Shown: in pieces, positions 29,401 through 44,718 of the stretch
Layout of the letters: each line of letters opens with the position of its first letter
Position numbering within the stretch: the stretch's first letter is position 1
Position numbers and translations under genes: made by a program
Notes under the pieces: generated by a model
The model's database searches: none
The model's input: only the letters and a program-made list of their open reading frames with translations
What the model was told of the DNA's origin: nothing
Assembly (NCBI RefSeq): GCF_009914755.1
Contig: NC_060937.1
Length of the DNA stretch: 64,000 nt
Origin: the human T2T-CHM13v2.0 reference genome, Homo sapiens
Reading direction: 5' to 3' (one strand)

Positions 29401-29823
29401 CTGTTCACAGTAGCAAAGTCATAGAACCAACCTAAGTGCCCATCAACGGTTGACTGGAAAAGGAAATGTGGTATTTATACACCATGGAATACTACACAGC
29501 CATAAAACAGAATGAAATCATGTCCTTTGCAGCAACATGGATGGAGCTGGAAACCATTATCCTAAGCAAACTAACTCAGAAACAGAAAATATTGCGTGTT
29601 CTCACTGACAAGCGGGAGCTGAACAGTGGGTACACATGGACATAAAGATGGAAATAATAGATTCTGGGGGCTCCAAAAGAGTGGGAGTGCTGAGGCTTGA
29701 GAGATTACCTGTCAAGTACAATGTTTACTATTTGGGTAATGGGTATACTAGAAACCCAGTCCCCACCAGGATGCAATATACCCATGTAACAGACAAGCAC
29801 ATGTACCCCCGAATGTAAAAAAG
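29401..29823 (+). mobile_element. L1PB/L1MA 3' end, 5'-truncated
   Basis: CAACCTAAGTGCCCATCAAC...GCAGCAACATGGATGGAGCTGG...CCCATGTAACA; degenerate TSD AGAAATC.C...CTT. Confidence 0.9.
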
Positions 29824-30036
29824 AAGAAATCTCGCGCTTGTTGGGAGCAGAAGGGGAATATTGGTCATCCCCTCTGTGGTGCGAGGAATTCTTCAGAGAT
29901 GGTTAGCGCTGAGGCTCTTGGTGCCTGTAGCTTGCATTCAGGACACTGACCCACAGTTTGTCATTTATTCAGGACTTATACCTGGGCTCCCTGCCTAAGG
30001 TGTGATGAGAAGCATGAGCCTCTTTTTCTTATCCAC

Positions 30037-30353
30037 TTTTTTTCTTTTCTCTCTCTTTTTTTTTGTTTTTTGAGACAATGTCTCTCTGTGTTGCGCAGGT
30101 TGGAGTGCAAAGGCGTTATCTTGGCTCACTGCAACCTCTGCCTCCTGGGTTCAAGTGTTTCTCGTGCCTCAGCCATCCGAGTAGCTGGGATTACAGGCGT
30201 GTGTCACTACACCTGGCTAATTTTTGTATTTTTAGTAGAGGTAGGGTTTTGCCATGTTGGCCAGTCTGGTCTCGAACTCCTGGCCTCAAGTGATCCGCCT
30301 GCTTCGGCCTTCCAAAGTGCTGGGATTACAGGCATGAGCCACTGTGCCTGGCC
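30037..30353 (-). mobile_element. AluSx/Sz-like
   Basis: Full antisense dimer; TSD CCACTTT. Confidence 0.95.
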
Positions 30354-30798
30354 CCACTTTCTTTTCAAGCACAGTAGCTGCCCCATCACAGAATTAAAAT
30401 ACGATTCTTTTTTATTTTCCCGTGTTCCCCAGCACCCAGCCCCATGCATTCTATTGATGACTTGTCTCTCACTCTTTTTTCATTTTTGCACCACATGCTA
30501 TAAGAGGTATGAAGTGCAAATAGGCTTGCTGCATACTTGGTATTTTCTCCAGCATGCACGTGTTCTATTGGTATGGACATATCACTGCATTACTGACACA
30601 AGTATGGCTTGTGTAGCATTTCACATCTCATCTTGTCTCATCCCTGGATGATGATGGCGTTAATGAGAAAGAAACCATGGAAGTGCTTCAGGCCCTCTGC
30701 TCTTCTTGGGATCTATGCATCCGTTCTGTGCTGGGGCACCTTGAGTTCTTATGTGTTCATCTGCTGGAGACTGATAGAAAACAGCAGAAGTCTTCTGA

Positions 30799-31123
<325 letters not shown>

Positions 31124-31617
31124 GGAAATCTTTAATTATACAATCAATTAAATGATGTGGGCTATATTTGCAGGGAGAGAAAGCCAGTAAAGCTTAAGTT
31201 TTGTTTTTATCAACATAATCTTCGTAGGTTCTTTCTTCTGGAATCATCTAGCCTCAAGCGCAAGGTAGTACTTCTCAGGTGTAAATGTCACTGGAATTGA
31301 TGGCATAAGTTACTTCTTGTTTTTATGTTGGGTTTTACGTGTTGTTCTTTTTCTTTTCTTTCTTTTTTTTTGCCTTATTTGCACAGTTAATGGATCTTGT
31401 GGTTTTTTTCTCCACTGAGATATACACTTATTGTATTATATTGATTTATGTCCCTGCTCTTCTTCAAGAGGCCTGCATAAGGAAAATATAATGTAGACTA
31501 TTAATTTTAGAAGCAATCATGGAACAAGAATCTTATTTATGCTTCCCCTAAATTTTATTTTAAACTGTAGACTAAAATGATCTTATGAAAAATGTCACGC
31601 AGTTAAGAAAAAGCATC

Positions 31618-31713
31618 GTGTGTGTGTGTGTGTGTGAGTGAGTGTGTGTGTGTGTGAGTGTGTGTATGTGTGTGTGTGTGTATGTGTGTGTGAGTGTGTG
31701 TATGTGTGTGTGT
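31618..31713. repeat. Interrupted (TG)n microsatellite, ~96 bp
   Basis: Read directly. Confidence 0.95.
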
Positions 31714-31811
31714 CTTTCAGACTAAATTTAAGCCACCGGCAATCTTTTTATTGGGTCATAGCCATAAAGCTTCATCTTTTTTTTTTTGGCTTGTTAATAG
31801 ATTTTACTTTT

Positions 31812-32975
31812 TTCATTTTAAAAAATAATTTCAACTTTTATTTTAGACTCAGGGGGTACATGTGCAGGTCTGTCACATGGGAACAGTGTGTGAAGCTGAG
31901 GTTTGGGGTATGGATGATCCTGTTACCCAGACAGTGAGCACAGCACCCAGTAGGCAGTTCCTCAGCCCCTACCCCGTCCCCAATCCAGCAGTCCCAGTAT
32001 CCATTGCTCCCATCTTTATGTCCACGTGTACTCAATGTTTAGCTCTCCCTTACAAATGAGGAGGTATGGTAATTGGTTTTCTGTTCCTGGTTAATTCACT
32101 TCAGATAAGGGCCTCCAGCTACATCCATGTTGCTGCAAAGGACATTATCTCATTCTTTTTTATGGCTATGTAGTATTCCATGGTGTATATGTATCACATT
32201 TTCTTTATCCAGGCCACCACTGATGGGCATTTAGGTTGATTCCATGTCTTTGCTGTTGTAAATAGTACTGTGATGAACATAAGCGTGTGTCTGTTTGGTA
32301 GAATGATTTATTTTCCTTGGGGTATATACTCACTAATGGGATTGTTGGGTTGAATGGTAGTTCTGTTTTAAGCTCTTTGAGAAATCTCCAAACTGCTTTC
32401 CATAGTGGCTGAACTAATTTACATTCCCACCAGCAGTGTGTAAGCACCCCCCTTTTTCTGCAGCCTTGCCAACATCTGTTGTTTTATGACTTTTTTTTTT
32501 TTTAACAGAGTCTCACTCTGTCACCTAGGCTGGAGTCCGGTGGCACAATCACAGTTCCACTGCAGCCTCGGCCTCTCAGGGTTAGGTGATCTTCCCGCCT
32601 CAGCCTCCTGAGTAGCTGGGACTACAGGTGCCCACCACCATGCCCAGCTAATTTTTGTATTTTTTGTAGAGATGAGGTTTCACCATGTTGCCCAGGCTGG
32701 TCTTTAATTCCTAAGCTCAAGTGACCCACCAGCCTCAGCTTCCCAAAGTGCTGGAATTATAGGAGTGAGCCACCGTGCCCAGCTGTTTTTTGACTCTTTA
32801 GTAATAGCCATTCTGACTGGTGTAAGATGGTATCTTATTGTGGTTTTGATTTGCGTTTCTCTGATGATTAGTGATAATGAGCATTTTTTCATATGCTTGT
32901 TGGCTGCTTATATGTCTTCTTTTGAGAAGTTTCTGATCATGTTCTTTGCCCACTTTTTAATGAGGTTATTTGGAA
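31812..32975 (-). mobile_element. L1PA (PA13-16-like) 3' region including an ORF2 C-terminal remnant
   Basis: 3' UTR motifs; ORF 32205-32447 contains [14 protein letters not shown], the ORF2p cysteine-rich C-terminus. Confidence 0.92.
32491..32783 (-). mobile_element. AluJ nested in L1PA
   Basis: Dimer; TSD TGTTTT(A/T)TGACT. Confidence 0.92.
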
Positions 32976-33671
32976 TACTTCATCTTAGCACCAGAGCTTT
33001 CAAAGATGCCTTAAGTCAAATTCCAAGATGACTTGGAAGGTGTGCCCATAACCTTCTCAATCAGATTCAGAATTAATCAATTGATGGATTTGGAACAAGG
33101 TTTCCATGGTCCTGACATTGCTACTTTAATAGAAACCCTAATGTTTACATATTTTGCTCCCTCCTCCTCCAGGGATATGTTCTTGCTAGGAAATCTGATG
33201 ACTTTTCAACAGATCAAAGCTCTTATATAAAGTCAGTTTTCAAAGCTTTTGAAGTTGTGTTAGGTTCAGGAAATCAGTGTAAATAAAATCAATACGACTA
33301 TTTTAAAATAAAGCTTTTCCGTGTATTGCTGGAGATTGTATTTAGCATTTCTAAAAGATTCCTGATGGTAACACCTTACCATCAAACAGAATTAAAGAGT
33401 CATGTATCTTTTAGAGTCAGTATTACAAATGGATTTTAAAGAAAATATGTTAAGGGAAGCTCCTGCTTTATCTGAAGTCTAAAGAATAGGTAGGGAGAAA
33501 GGGTGAGAGCATGTATACGCTGCTTTGGAGAAGGAGTCAGACAAATTTTAAACAAATTGATATCCTGGAATCTTTATAATACCCAAAAGGATTCTTTGCC
33601 ACTGGACAACCTCCAATTTGGATATAATACTATATGTTGATGATTAGATAAGGCAGCCTTATTTATTAAGG

Positions 33672-33699
33672 CTTTAGAAAACAACCTTTAGAAAACAAC
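33672..33699. repeat. Perfect 14-bp tandem duplication
   Basis: CTTTAGAAAACAAC x2. Confidence 0.85.
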
Positions 33700-34070
33700 C
33701 CTTTCCCTTTTAGTCTTTTTCTAATTACAAACTATGTTCATAATTATTTTTATTGTGTTTGTATTGTTTTAAAGTCTTAAATCAGTGAATGTCCTTAGGG
33801 CATTCTGTGACCTTTAGTAGATTTTTAATTGTGAGATAGTTCAACCATGAGGGCAGATGAGAAATGAGGAAGGGTCTGGGTAGGAGGTTGACAAGCCAGA
33901 GATGTCCAGTGAATGTCAGAGAGGAGCCTACCTCTAAAAACCGCCTTCTCTTATTTTCAAAAAAGCTTTAAAATATATTATCAACCATTCATGATGATTT
34001 CCATTGAAAGATTTTCACTTTCTACAAATGATCAAAGACAGTAAGAGATGAATTAGAAAATGTAATCTCT

Positions 34071-34411
34071 GCTGGGCACCATGGCTCACTCTTGCAATCC
34101 CAGCACTTTGAGAGGCCAAGGAGGGAGGATTGCTTGAGGCCAGGAGTTTAGATGAGCCTGAGCAACAGAGACCTGCATCTCTACAAAAAAATACAAAAAT
34201 TAGCTTGGCATGGTGGTGTGCACCTGTAGTCCTAGCTACTCTGGAGGCTGAGGTGGGCGGTTCACTTGAGCCCAGGATTTGGAGGCTACAACGAGCTATG
34301 GTTGCACCAGTGCACTCCAGCCTGGGCAACAGAGCAAGATCCTGTCTCCAAAAGAAAAGAAAAAAAAAGAGAGAGATAAGAAAAGAAGAAAAGAAAAGAG
34401 AAAGAAAAGAA
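34071..34411 (+). mobile_element. AluJ with long A/G-rich tail
   Basis: Diverged dimer. Confidence 0.92.
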
Positions 34412-35336
34412 CATACAATCCCCATCTCCCAGCTTTGAACCAAGTTTGTTAGTAAATTCAGCCTAGTTGGCTGGGTTTTTATTTCTATGTTACTTGTTTT
34501 ATTTCATTTCACTTTAGACCTTTTTATGGAAGAATTTTTTACCCCATATGCCTATGTGACACGGTGTGTCATAAATGAAAATAAATGAGAAAACAAAGGA
34601 TAAGAGAAAATAGGAGTAAAGGACAGGAAGACAAAATCAGAGGTCAGAGAGAATATATTTGGCTCAGACCCTTTAAGAATTCAAAGTGGAAAGGAGGCAT
34701 GATCCCTGACGAGAATTAGTGTCCATTAGAGGAGATAAATTCTGCTCCAGAGACATCGAGCTATTTCTGATACTGAGCCCAGTATTGAACTTCTCCCTTA
34801 GGAATCCAAAAAGGTGCTGTGATACAGGGCCACATCCCCCACAACATGCCTGAAGAAAACGTAGCGACAGCCTGCCTGGGGTGTGCCACAGGACCTGGCA
34901 AGGGCAGTTCGGGGTAATTCCTGCCAGTGTTTCAACTCAGGGGCTGTCAGCCAGGCTGGTGGCCTTGGTGCCTGCAGGGTGTGCCTAATAGGGAGGCACC
35001 TGAAATCTTCCCGGGAGGCAGGAAATGCTTCAGGGTCAAAAAAAGGACATCATGGAGCTTTGCTCACCCTCCCGTAGATCTCCATAAATGTCTTTGTATG
35101 AGGGCTCCAGACTCTATTAGGGCATTTTAAATGAAAAAAAAGTCTGTTATATTGCCATCATGTTCAAGGATAATGTATGTCATTGCCTTTGCACACTTGC
35201 TTGCTGCTTGTCAGACTTTTAAAGCTTTCTACCACTTGTTTTGTTGGTTTTAACTAGACACATTTGCCACATATGGTTTTGTTAAACATACTGAGTTGGG
35301 GGACTTATATATGTTTTCTATGTAAATGTTAACCAA

Positions 35337-35628
35337 GGCCAGGCACAGCAGCTCATGCCTGTAATCCCAGTGCTCTGAGAGGCCAAGGGCAGGAGGATCA
35401 CTTGAACCCAGAAGTTTGAGATCAGCCTGGGAAACATTGTGAGACTGTCTAATTTTTTCAAAAATTAGCCGGTCATGATGGTGTGCACCTGTAGTCCCCA
35501 GCTACTTGGGACGCTGAGGCAGGAGGATTGCTTGGGCCCAGGAGTTTGTGGTTATGGTAAGCTATGATTGTGCCACTGCACTCCAGCCTGGGCAGTAGAG
35601 CAAAACCCTGTCTATAAAAAAAAAAAAA
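35337..35628 (+). mobile_element. AluJ
   Basis: Dimer; TSD GTTAACCAA. Confidence 0.92.
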
Positions 35629-37439
35629 TTAAAAGTTAACCAAAAGTTATCATATTGAGAGGTCATTGCAGGCTATGGAGTTTGAGTATTAAAATCCAAA
35701 GGTCATTTTATGAGAGAAGGTTAACAAGGGAGAAGTTCTGTGGGGTGCATGTGCCATCCATCTGTCCTTCTTCTTATATGATCTGGAGGGGGTGCTAGTG
35801 TTGGCGTAACTTAATTCTGCATGAAGATGCAGGTCAGCAGAAAGAGCTCTACACAGATGCTGGGGAAGCCTGGCTCTCGGAGGTGGTTCTCCCCAGTAAT
35901 TTTCTCACAGGCTCTAGGAATGAATCATCTGGTGTTACTGGGAAAGTAAGCAAGCCAAGGAGAGGTCCCATTAGTTTAGAAATTGTGCTGTCAGGATATA
36001 CCACTGAGTGTTTCTTCCTTCCTCTTTCTTCCTTCCCCTTTTTCCTTTGCTAATTTGGTAGGTGAAAGTCCCTCCCTGCCATTAGACATTGCTCCCCCTC
36101 GTCCTGTATAACTCTCTACCATCCATCCTACGTTACTTGTACTCAAGAACTATGCCAGGTGAACTAGAACAGGACGGTCGCAGGGCATAATGTAATTCCC
36201 CCAGATTATCACAGGATCAGCCTTCAGATCTCTTAATACTTAGAAACGTCACTGCTGCGTTGTCTTCATGTAAAGGGTGTAAAGGACCGAACACCATGCC
36301 TCTCACCCGCGGCTGGAGAAGATATTGCTCCATAGGTAATAGACACGTCTGCAAAGTTTTAAAAAATGTATAGATGCAGTCTACACAAGGCATGGGTGAA
36401 AGAGGACAATGTGACAAGCAGTGATTTTTTTGAGCAGATGGTTACCTGTAGCTAACAATTTTTCAATCCAATGCCTTCTAGGTATGGATTATAGGTCATA
36501 TAGCTTAGAATAAAGCAAACACAGCCTAGATGATTATTTATGGAGTTCTTTTTCAGTTTGTAAATGTTAGCCAGATATATTTTTCAATATGTTGAGACCC
36601 TTGACGTAGCTTTTTGCATTCAAATTATTTAGATGAATACTTAAAAGGATTACATGATATGTAGATAGCAGGAAATCCAGCAATTGTATGTGAAAATGGT
36701 CTAATAGTATTCTGTGGTCTTGGAATAGGTTCTCTGCTTCAGGAGTCATCAAAAGGAAAACTATAAACTCCTGATTGGGGATCAGGATGTTTCTGTTACT
36801 TTAAAATTATTTTTCTCTCCCCCAGTTTGTTTTCAGGCTATTTATTTCAGTTTAAATACCACGCTTAATTTTTGTTAGGTTTTTAATTTGCTCTTACAGC
36901 TTAGAACAGTGATGAAATGGCTGCTAAAGTATAGAAATCCAAAGAACATAAATGGAATTCTGAATTTCTGGACAACTTCTTGTACTTGGTGAAAGTCATA
37001 ACTGATGAAAATTCTAGTTAGGAGAAAACTCTAAAGCACTGTGTGTCAAGAGGTATTGCTTTTGGCAATTGAATGCTTTTGTCCCAACCTTACCATTGGA
37101 ACAACAATGTCACAGACTTGAGCACAGAAGAACTGACAGTGATTTATATCAAATCCATGTCATGAGAGGAAGGTTTGAGGAAGTCAGTGCGGCGTGGACT
37201 GTGAAATACTTGACCGTTCTGGGCTTCTCCTGGCCTCTCAATTCATTCATTTATCAACCTACCTATAACTTAAGGCTCAGGTTTTTGCAATCTAGATACA
37301 AATTATGATTCTTTTAGATATACTTTTTATAAACATTGTTGTATTTCCAGGAAAATTGCCATAGTAAACAAACACCCAACCCTACAACATCCTGCTTGGC
37401 ATATATACTTTAAGAATTAGACTGTTTGCCTTTTCCTCA

Positions 37440-38835
37440 AATTTTTATGCAGTAAAATACACATAACATAGAATTTACTATCTCATCATTTTTAGGTATA
37501 CAGTTCAGTGGGCTGAAGTACATTCCCATTATTGTGTAACTATCACCACCATCCACCTCCAGGACTTTTTTCATCTGTAAAACTAAAACTCTGTGCCCAT
37601 TTAACACCAGCTCTCCATTCCTGTCTTCTCCCAGCCCTTGCCAACCAGAATTCCACTTTCTGTCTCTAAGATTTTGACTACTCTAAGTACCTCTTATAAG
37701 TGGAATCACTTTTTGCTTATTTCACTTAGCATGATGTCCTCCAGCTTCATCCATGTGGAAGCACGTGTCAGAATTTCCTTTCCTTTAAGGTTGAATAATG
37801 TTTCATTGTATGTATAGACCACATTTTGCTTATCCATTTATCCACGGATAAGCAAACCAACTTGGGTTGCTTCCACGTTGTAGCTGCTGTGAATAGTGCT
37901 GCTATAAACATGGGTGTACAAATATATCTTTGAACCCTGCTTTCCATTCTTTTGGGTACATATATACTCAGAAGTGAAATTGCTGGATCAGAAGATAACT
38001 CTACTTTTAATTTTTTAAGGAACTGCCATACTGTTTTCCATAGCAGCTGCACCATTTTATATTCCCACCAACAGTGCTCAAAGGTTCCACTCTCACCACA
38101 TACTCCACAACACTTGTTATTTTCTGTTTGTTTTTCTTTTTGACAGAGTCTTGCTCTGTCACCCACGTTGAAGTGCAGTGGTGCAATTATGGCTCGCTGT
38201 AGCCTCAAACTCCTGGGCTCATGTGATCTCCCTGCCTCAGCCTCCTGAGTAGCTGGGACTATGGGTGCACACCACCGTACCTGCCTAATTAAAATAATTT
38301 TTTTGTAGAGATAGGAGGAGTCTTGCTATGTCGTCCAGGCTGTTCTTGAACTTCTAGGCTCAAGTGATCCTCCAGCCTCGGCGTCCCAAAGTGCTGCGGG
38401 TGTGAGGTGGTATCTCATTGTACTTTTGATTTGCATTTCCCTGAGTATTAGTTCATGTTGAGCATCTTTTCATGTGCTTTTTGGCCATTTACTTGCATAT
38501 CTTCTTTGGAAAAATGTCTATGCCAGTCCCTTGCCCATTTTAAAATCTACTGTGAAATATTTGACCATTCAAGTACTGTGACAGAGCAAGACTCTGTCAA
38601 TTTGTTGTTGTTGTTGATACTTTTTAGGAGTTCTCTGTATAGTCTAGATACTAATCCTTTATCAGATGTGGGATTTGCAAATATTTTCTCTCATTCCGTG
38701 GTTGCCTTTTTCCTCTGTTTATAGTATTAATAGTTGCACAATTTTTTGAACTTTGATGAAGTCCAATTTGTCTATTTTTCTTTTGTTGACTGTGCCTTTT
38801 GTATCATATCTAAGAAATCATTGCCAAATTCAATA
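37440..38835 (-). mobile_element. L1MB 3' region with ORF2 remnant
   Basis: 3' UTR motifs; ORF 37768-38208 contains [23 protein letters not shown]...CTPMFIAALFT. Confidence 0.88.
38135..38405 (-). mobile_element. AluJ nested in L1MB
   Basis: Diverged dimer, 5'-truncated. Confidence 0.88.
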
Positions 38836-39644
38836 GACTGTTTTTTACGGTTTAATTTCATCCTTATAACTGTGAGATGGATTATTTTTCTTGTTGTGCC
38901 ATTATGTATAGCAAATGAAACCTACTGAATAAAAGTTGAGTTTGAAGTGATAGCAACCTATAGTGATTAATCTTCACTTCAGATGGAATTTTCTATTTAC
39001 TTTAACATGAAAAGTTTCCTAGGAAGAAGTATTGCCATCTCCTTGAGATATGGTGAAGGGTAAACGTGAGCTTTGTTGGATTTTTCCTCCCTTGAGTGCT
39101 TCATAAATAATAGAAACTCTGTCTGACAAAGTAAAAAAGAAAGAAGGATAGTAAGTTAATTTTAGATAAAGGTAATATGCAAGGTGAGACAACTGCTGTT
39201 CTAAGTATGTAATGTGAGTGGATCATACTTCACAATGATCAAATAGAAATGCAATTTTAAAAAACAAACTACACATGGAATGTGTTATACACGCCTATCA
39301 TGATTCAAGTTAAACAGCCATTTACATGGGCAATGCTGAGATTGTAGTCTACATTCCCTATCCCCATTCCCTTTTGGGATTTTTTGTTCTTTACTTTTCT
39401 CTTTATAAAATACTGCATAAATTATTTGTTTATTTTGTTTATTGTCTCTCTTTCCTCCCTAAAACATAGGCTACATGAGGGCACGGAATTATATCTGTTT
39501 TGTTCCTTGTTGTGGCTCTCATGCCTAGAAGGGTGCCTGGCACCCAGTAGGTGATCAGCAAATATCCATTGAGTGATAGAATATTATAAGTAAAATAAGC
39601 CACTTAAATGATAAATGCATTTGGCATATTTTATTTTTAAATGT

Positions 39645-40940
<1,296 letters not shown>

Positions 40941-42555
40941 GGAATGATTTTAAAGGTATTAATACAGTTAGCTCAATTAAAATAGGTTGAATTAGATGCT
41001 TTTATTTGAAAGAATAAAAGCATTAAGTTTAAACAACTTTGAAATCTAAACCCCTCCTGTGGTACCTAAGCTCCTGGTAGCACCTGGCGTTCTCTTCGGA
41101 AATTACTTGCAGCCTCGTCTCCTTTATCCCTGCCCTGGAGGATCAGTGAAGGACAGCAGCTGTCTCATTCATCTTTGTTTTCAGGCACTACAATATTCCC
41201 AGCACAAAGTAGCCAGTGGTTTTATTGACTGCATTCAGGAATGCTGACTTTACTCAAATATTGATTTTTAAAAAAAATTTTAGCCAAAATATACCTCTTT
41301 ATGTCCTGATGTAAACTCTTACTATGCTTCTTAAATAGAGACTATGTGAGAAAAATACCATTTGAATTTTACAGAGGAGGACTCATTGGCGTCAAATAAT
41401 GATTAAGATTCCTGTAGATGGTGGTAGATGGTGGCTGGGTGTGGGGAGGAGACTTTGGGCAGAATAGGAGTAAATGCATGCACGGGCTTGGTGGATTAGC
41501 GAAGACCAAGAAGGGTGATGGGGTGAGATTGATGCCTGCAGATGAGAACCCAGTGGTGGTCATCCAGTGAGGGTACAAGACAGGCAGTGATGAGGAGCTT
41601 GAAGGCTGACCTCCTTCCCAGCGCTACTACTTACTGGGAACCTGGACCGGTTGGTCAACTAATCAGATTCCTATCTATGAAATGAAGTTTATGTGTACAC
41701 CATGGGATTGCTGTAAATGATAGCGTGCGTGGAGTGTGCCTGAGAGAAACAGAGAGACAGAGAGAGATATGGGATGTGGAATTATCCATAGAGCGCTGTA
41801 AGTGCTCTGAATGTCAGTGATGGCCTTCCTGAGACTTCAGTTTCACCCTTGGGCTGTCCTATCAGTCTCTGCTCCCCTGGCTGTCCGTCCAGGCCTGCCG
41901 TCATTGTCTCCTGCCCACCCCCAATTCAGAGAAAGACCAGCTGTGCTATTTCTGAATGCATGGCTCATAACTCTAATGGTGCTTGGAATGCCACAGAGAA
42001 TGTATATTTATGTTTACCACTTATCTTTCACCTAGCCCCCTCTTCCCCAAATGAGCGCAGAATTTGTTTTAAATCTCTTCATGTATCTGCTCTTCAGACT
42101 GCTGCCTGCCCCTCCCTCACCCTCAAATGAGAAGATTAGTTTACTGTCATAGGCATTCAAATATGCTGAGTAAGTTAATTTGTAACTTGTGTAACTGATC
42201 AGGACAAATGCTTCTGCCTAGGGTTCCAAAGCCTGGAACCACGCCCGCAGTACATTGAGTTTTTTGTTCATTCCATTATCTTTTTTGGAACTAAATCACT
42301 TTGCCAACCCCAGATCTTCTTCTAATGAGACTGCGGTACTGAATCATTTGGTATTTTTATGAAGTTTCTCATTGAATGAAATATTTATTGTGAGAAGAAC
42401 ATTACAAATCCAAAGTTTATCTAAAATAAATCTGGCTATAGCTGAACAAAATATTTTTTGCTAAGCAGAAAAGAATAATAAAAATTTCCCCTAAATGTCA
42501 TACAGAAGTCTTAGAGGTTTATATAAGAGAACTTTGATTTTTATAAACCTAGGAT

Positions 42556-42728
42556 TTTGTTTTGTTTTGTTTTGTTTTGTTGAGGCAAGGTCTTGCTCTG
42601 TCATCCAGGCTGGAGTGCAATGGCGCAACCATGGCTCACTGCACCGTTGACCTCCCATGCTTAAGCAATCCTCCCACCTTAGCCTCCCAAAGTGTTGGGA
42701 TTACAGGCATGAACCACCACACCTGGCC
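42556..42728 (-). mobile_element. Alu monomer (FRAM-like or internally recombined AluJ)
   Basis: (TTTTG)n tail, single arm, TSD TAAACCTAG. Confidence 0.85.
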
Positions 42729-42965
42729 TTAAACCTAGTTCTAAACAACAATAAAACAATTAGAACATTCCTAATTGCGTTAAATGTTAACTTCAAATTG
42801 CTTTTTAGACTAAGCAAACAAACTAAAATTTTCATCTTTGTTCTAAATAATATCTTTCCTTCTCAGTAAAATAGCAGAGATATTTAGGTTTTGACAAATA
42901 ATTTTTGGGGGGTTAACCTGGGGTTTGCACGCTAGATCATCTCACCTTAATTGTTAAGTAAAAAC

Positions 42966-43995
42966 TTTTTTTCTTTTTTTAATCGGTACATAATTGTACA
43001 TATTTATGGGGTACATGTTATTTTGATATATGCACACAATGGGTAATGAACAAATCAGGGTAATTAACATATCTATCACCTCAAACATTTATCATTTCTC
43101 TGTGTTGGTGAGATGGGAGAGTTCCCTTGACCCCCTCGTGGGACTTGTGATGGGGGTGGCTCATTTACTTGGCTGCCATGCTGAAGCCCCTTGTGGAATG
43201 GGAAGCTCACAGGGAGCAGGTGCAGGAGCTGGGGTGAGTGCCTTTGGGCACCAGTAGGAACAAATCCAGTACCAGCCATGGCAGTGTCTAGGGGTTGTCT
43301 GCAACCTCTGGAGCACCAGAGGGCGTGTGTTACAATCAGTGCTCTTTTAGCATTTGCTGTCCACAGATGGCTAAGTGTTAAATCAGCTCAGTGGAGGGTC
43401 AGGGTGACAGCCTTGTACTCTGCCATTTCAGTACATGGGTCCTTGTCCAGTGTCCAGGAAGAATCAGGTCACATGGACTCGAAGGATGGTGAATGCAGAG
43501 ATTTTACTGAGCAGTGGAAGTGGCTTTCAGTGGGATGGGGAGCTGGAGAGGGGATGGAGTGGGAAGATAATTTTCCTCTGGAGAGGGAGGAAGTCCTCTC
43601 AGACTATCCCTAGCCAAACATGTCTCCAACCGTAGTCTTTGATGTCCAGCTGCCTCTCAATGTTCAGATGCTTCTTTTCTTGCCTTCTCTGCCATGCTGT
43701 TTTGTTCCTCTACCAGTGGATCTTGGGGACTTTATGGGCACAGGATGGGGTGTGGTGTGCCAAAAGGTGACATTTGGGCTGGAAAACGGGGATGTGAAGC
43801 CCTCATTTAGGGCCATGGGTCCAGGCTTGAGGGTGGAACCCTTGCCAGGGACTCTGTCCTTTTCTACCTAGTATTCCTCTGCTTCCTGTCCATATTATTG
43901 GGTACCTTCAAAATATGCTCTTCTAGCTATTTTGAAATATACAATAAATTATTGTTAACTATAGTCACCCTATTGTGCTGTCAAACACTAGAGCT
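42966..43995 (-). mobile_element. L1MA 3' end split by an ERV1 LTR
   Basis: TTGTACATATTTATGGGGTACATG...TGTGTTGG[LTR]...TCTAGCTATTTTGAAATATACAATAAATT. Confidence 0.85.
43109..43897 (-). mobile_element. ERV1 solo LTR (LTR27/LTR28/MER52-related group)
   Basis: TGAGATGGGAGAGTTCCCTTGACCCC...CTTCCTGTCCATATTA; 4-bp TSD TTGG. Confidence 0.85.
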
Positions 43996-44340
43996 CATTT
44001 TAATGGAACATTTCAGAGGGAAACTTAAAGCTTAGTTTTTGTTTGAAGAGTTTTGGCTAATATTTGGAGTAAAATTAATTTTGTAATTTAAAAATACACA
44101 TAAAGTCAACAGAAAAAAACTGAGGGAGATACACTTAAGGAAAATAAATCACTCTGAATAAGCCTAGATCATTCTAATATTTAATCTGCCCAAATAACCT
44201 TTCTGTAAAAGTGGGGGAAATGGTGTCATATTTTATAACATGTTTTGTCTACGGTCTCATGAATATTTTCCAAGTTTATTACATATTCTTTTGTAGCATT
44301 TTAAATAGCTGCATAGTAGTCTCATGAAGACAGAGGATAA

Positions 44341-44718
<378 letters not shown>

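Noticed and set aside
32205-38208. ORFs 32205-32447 and 37768-38208 with HCWWE..VQ.LWK motifs
   Set aside because: Decayed L1 ORF2p C-terminal remnants in truncated elements, not functional CDS
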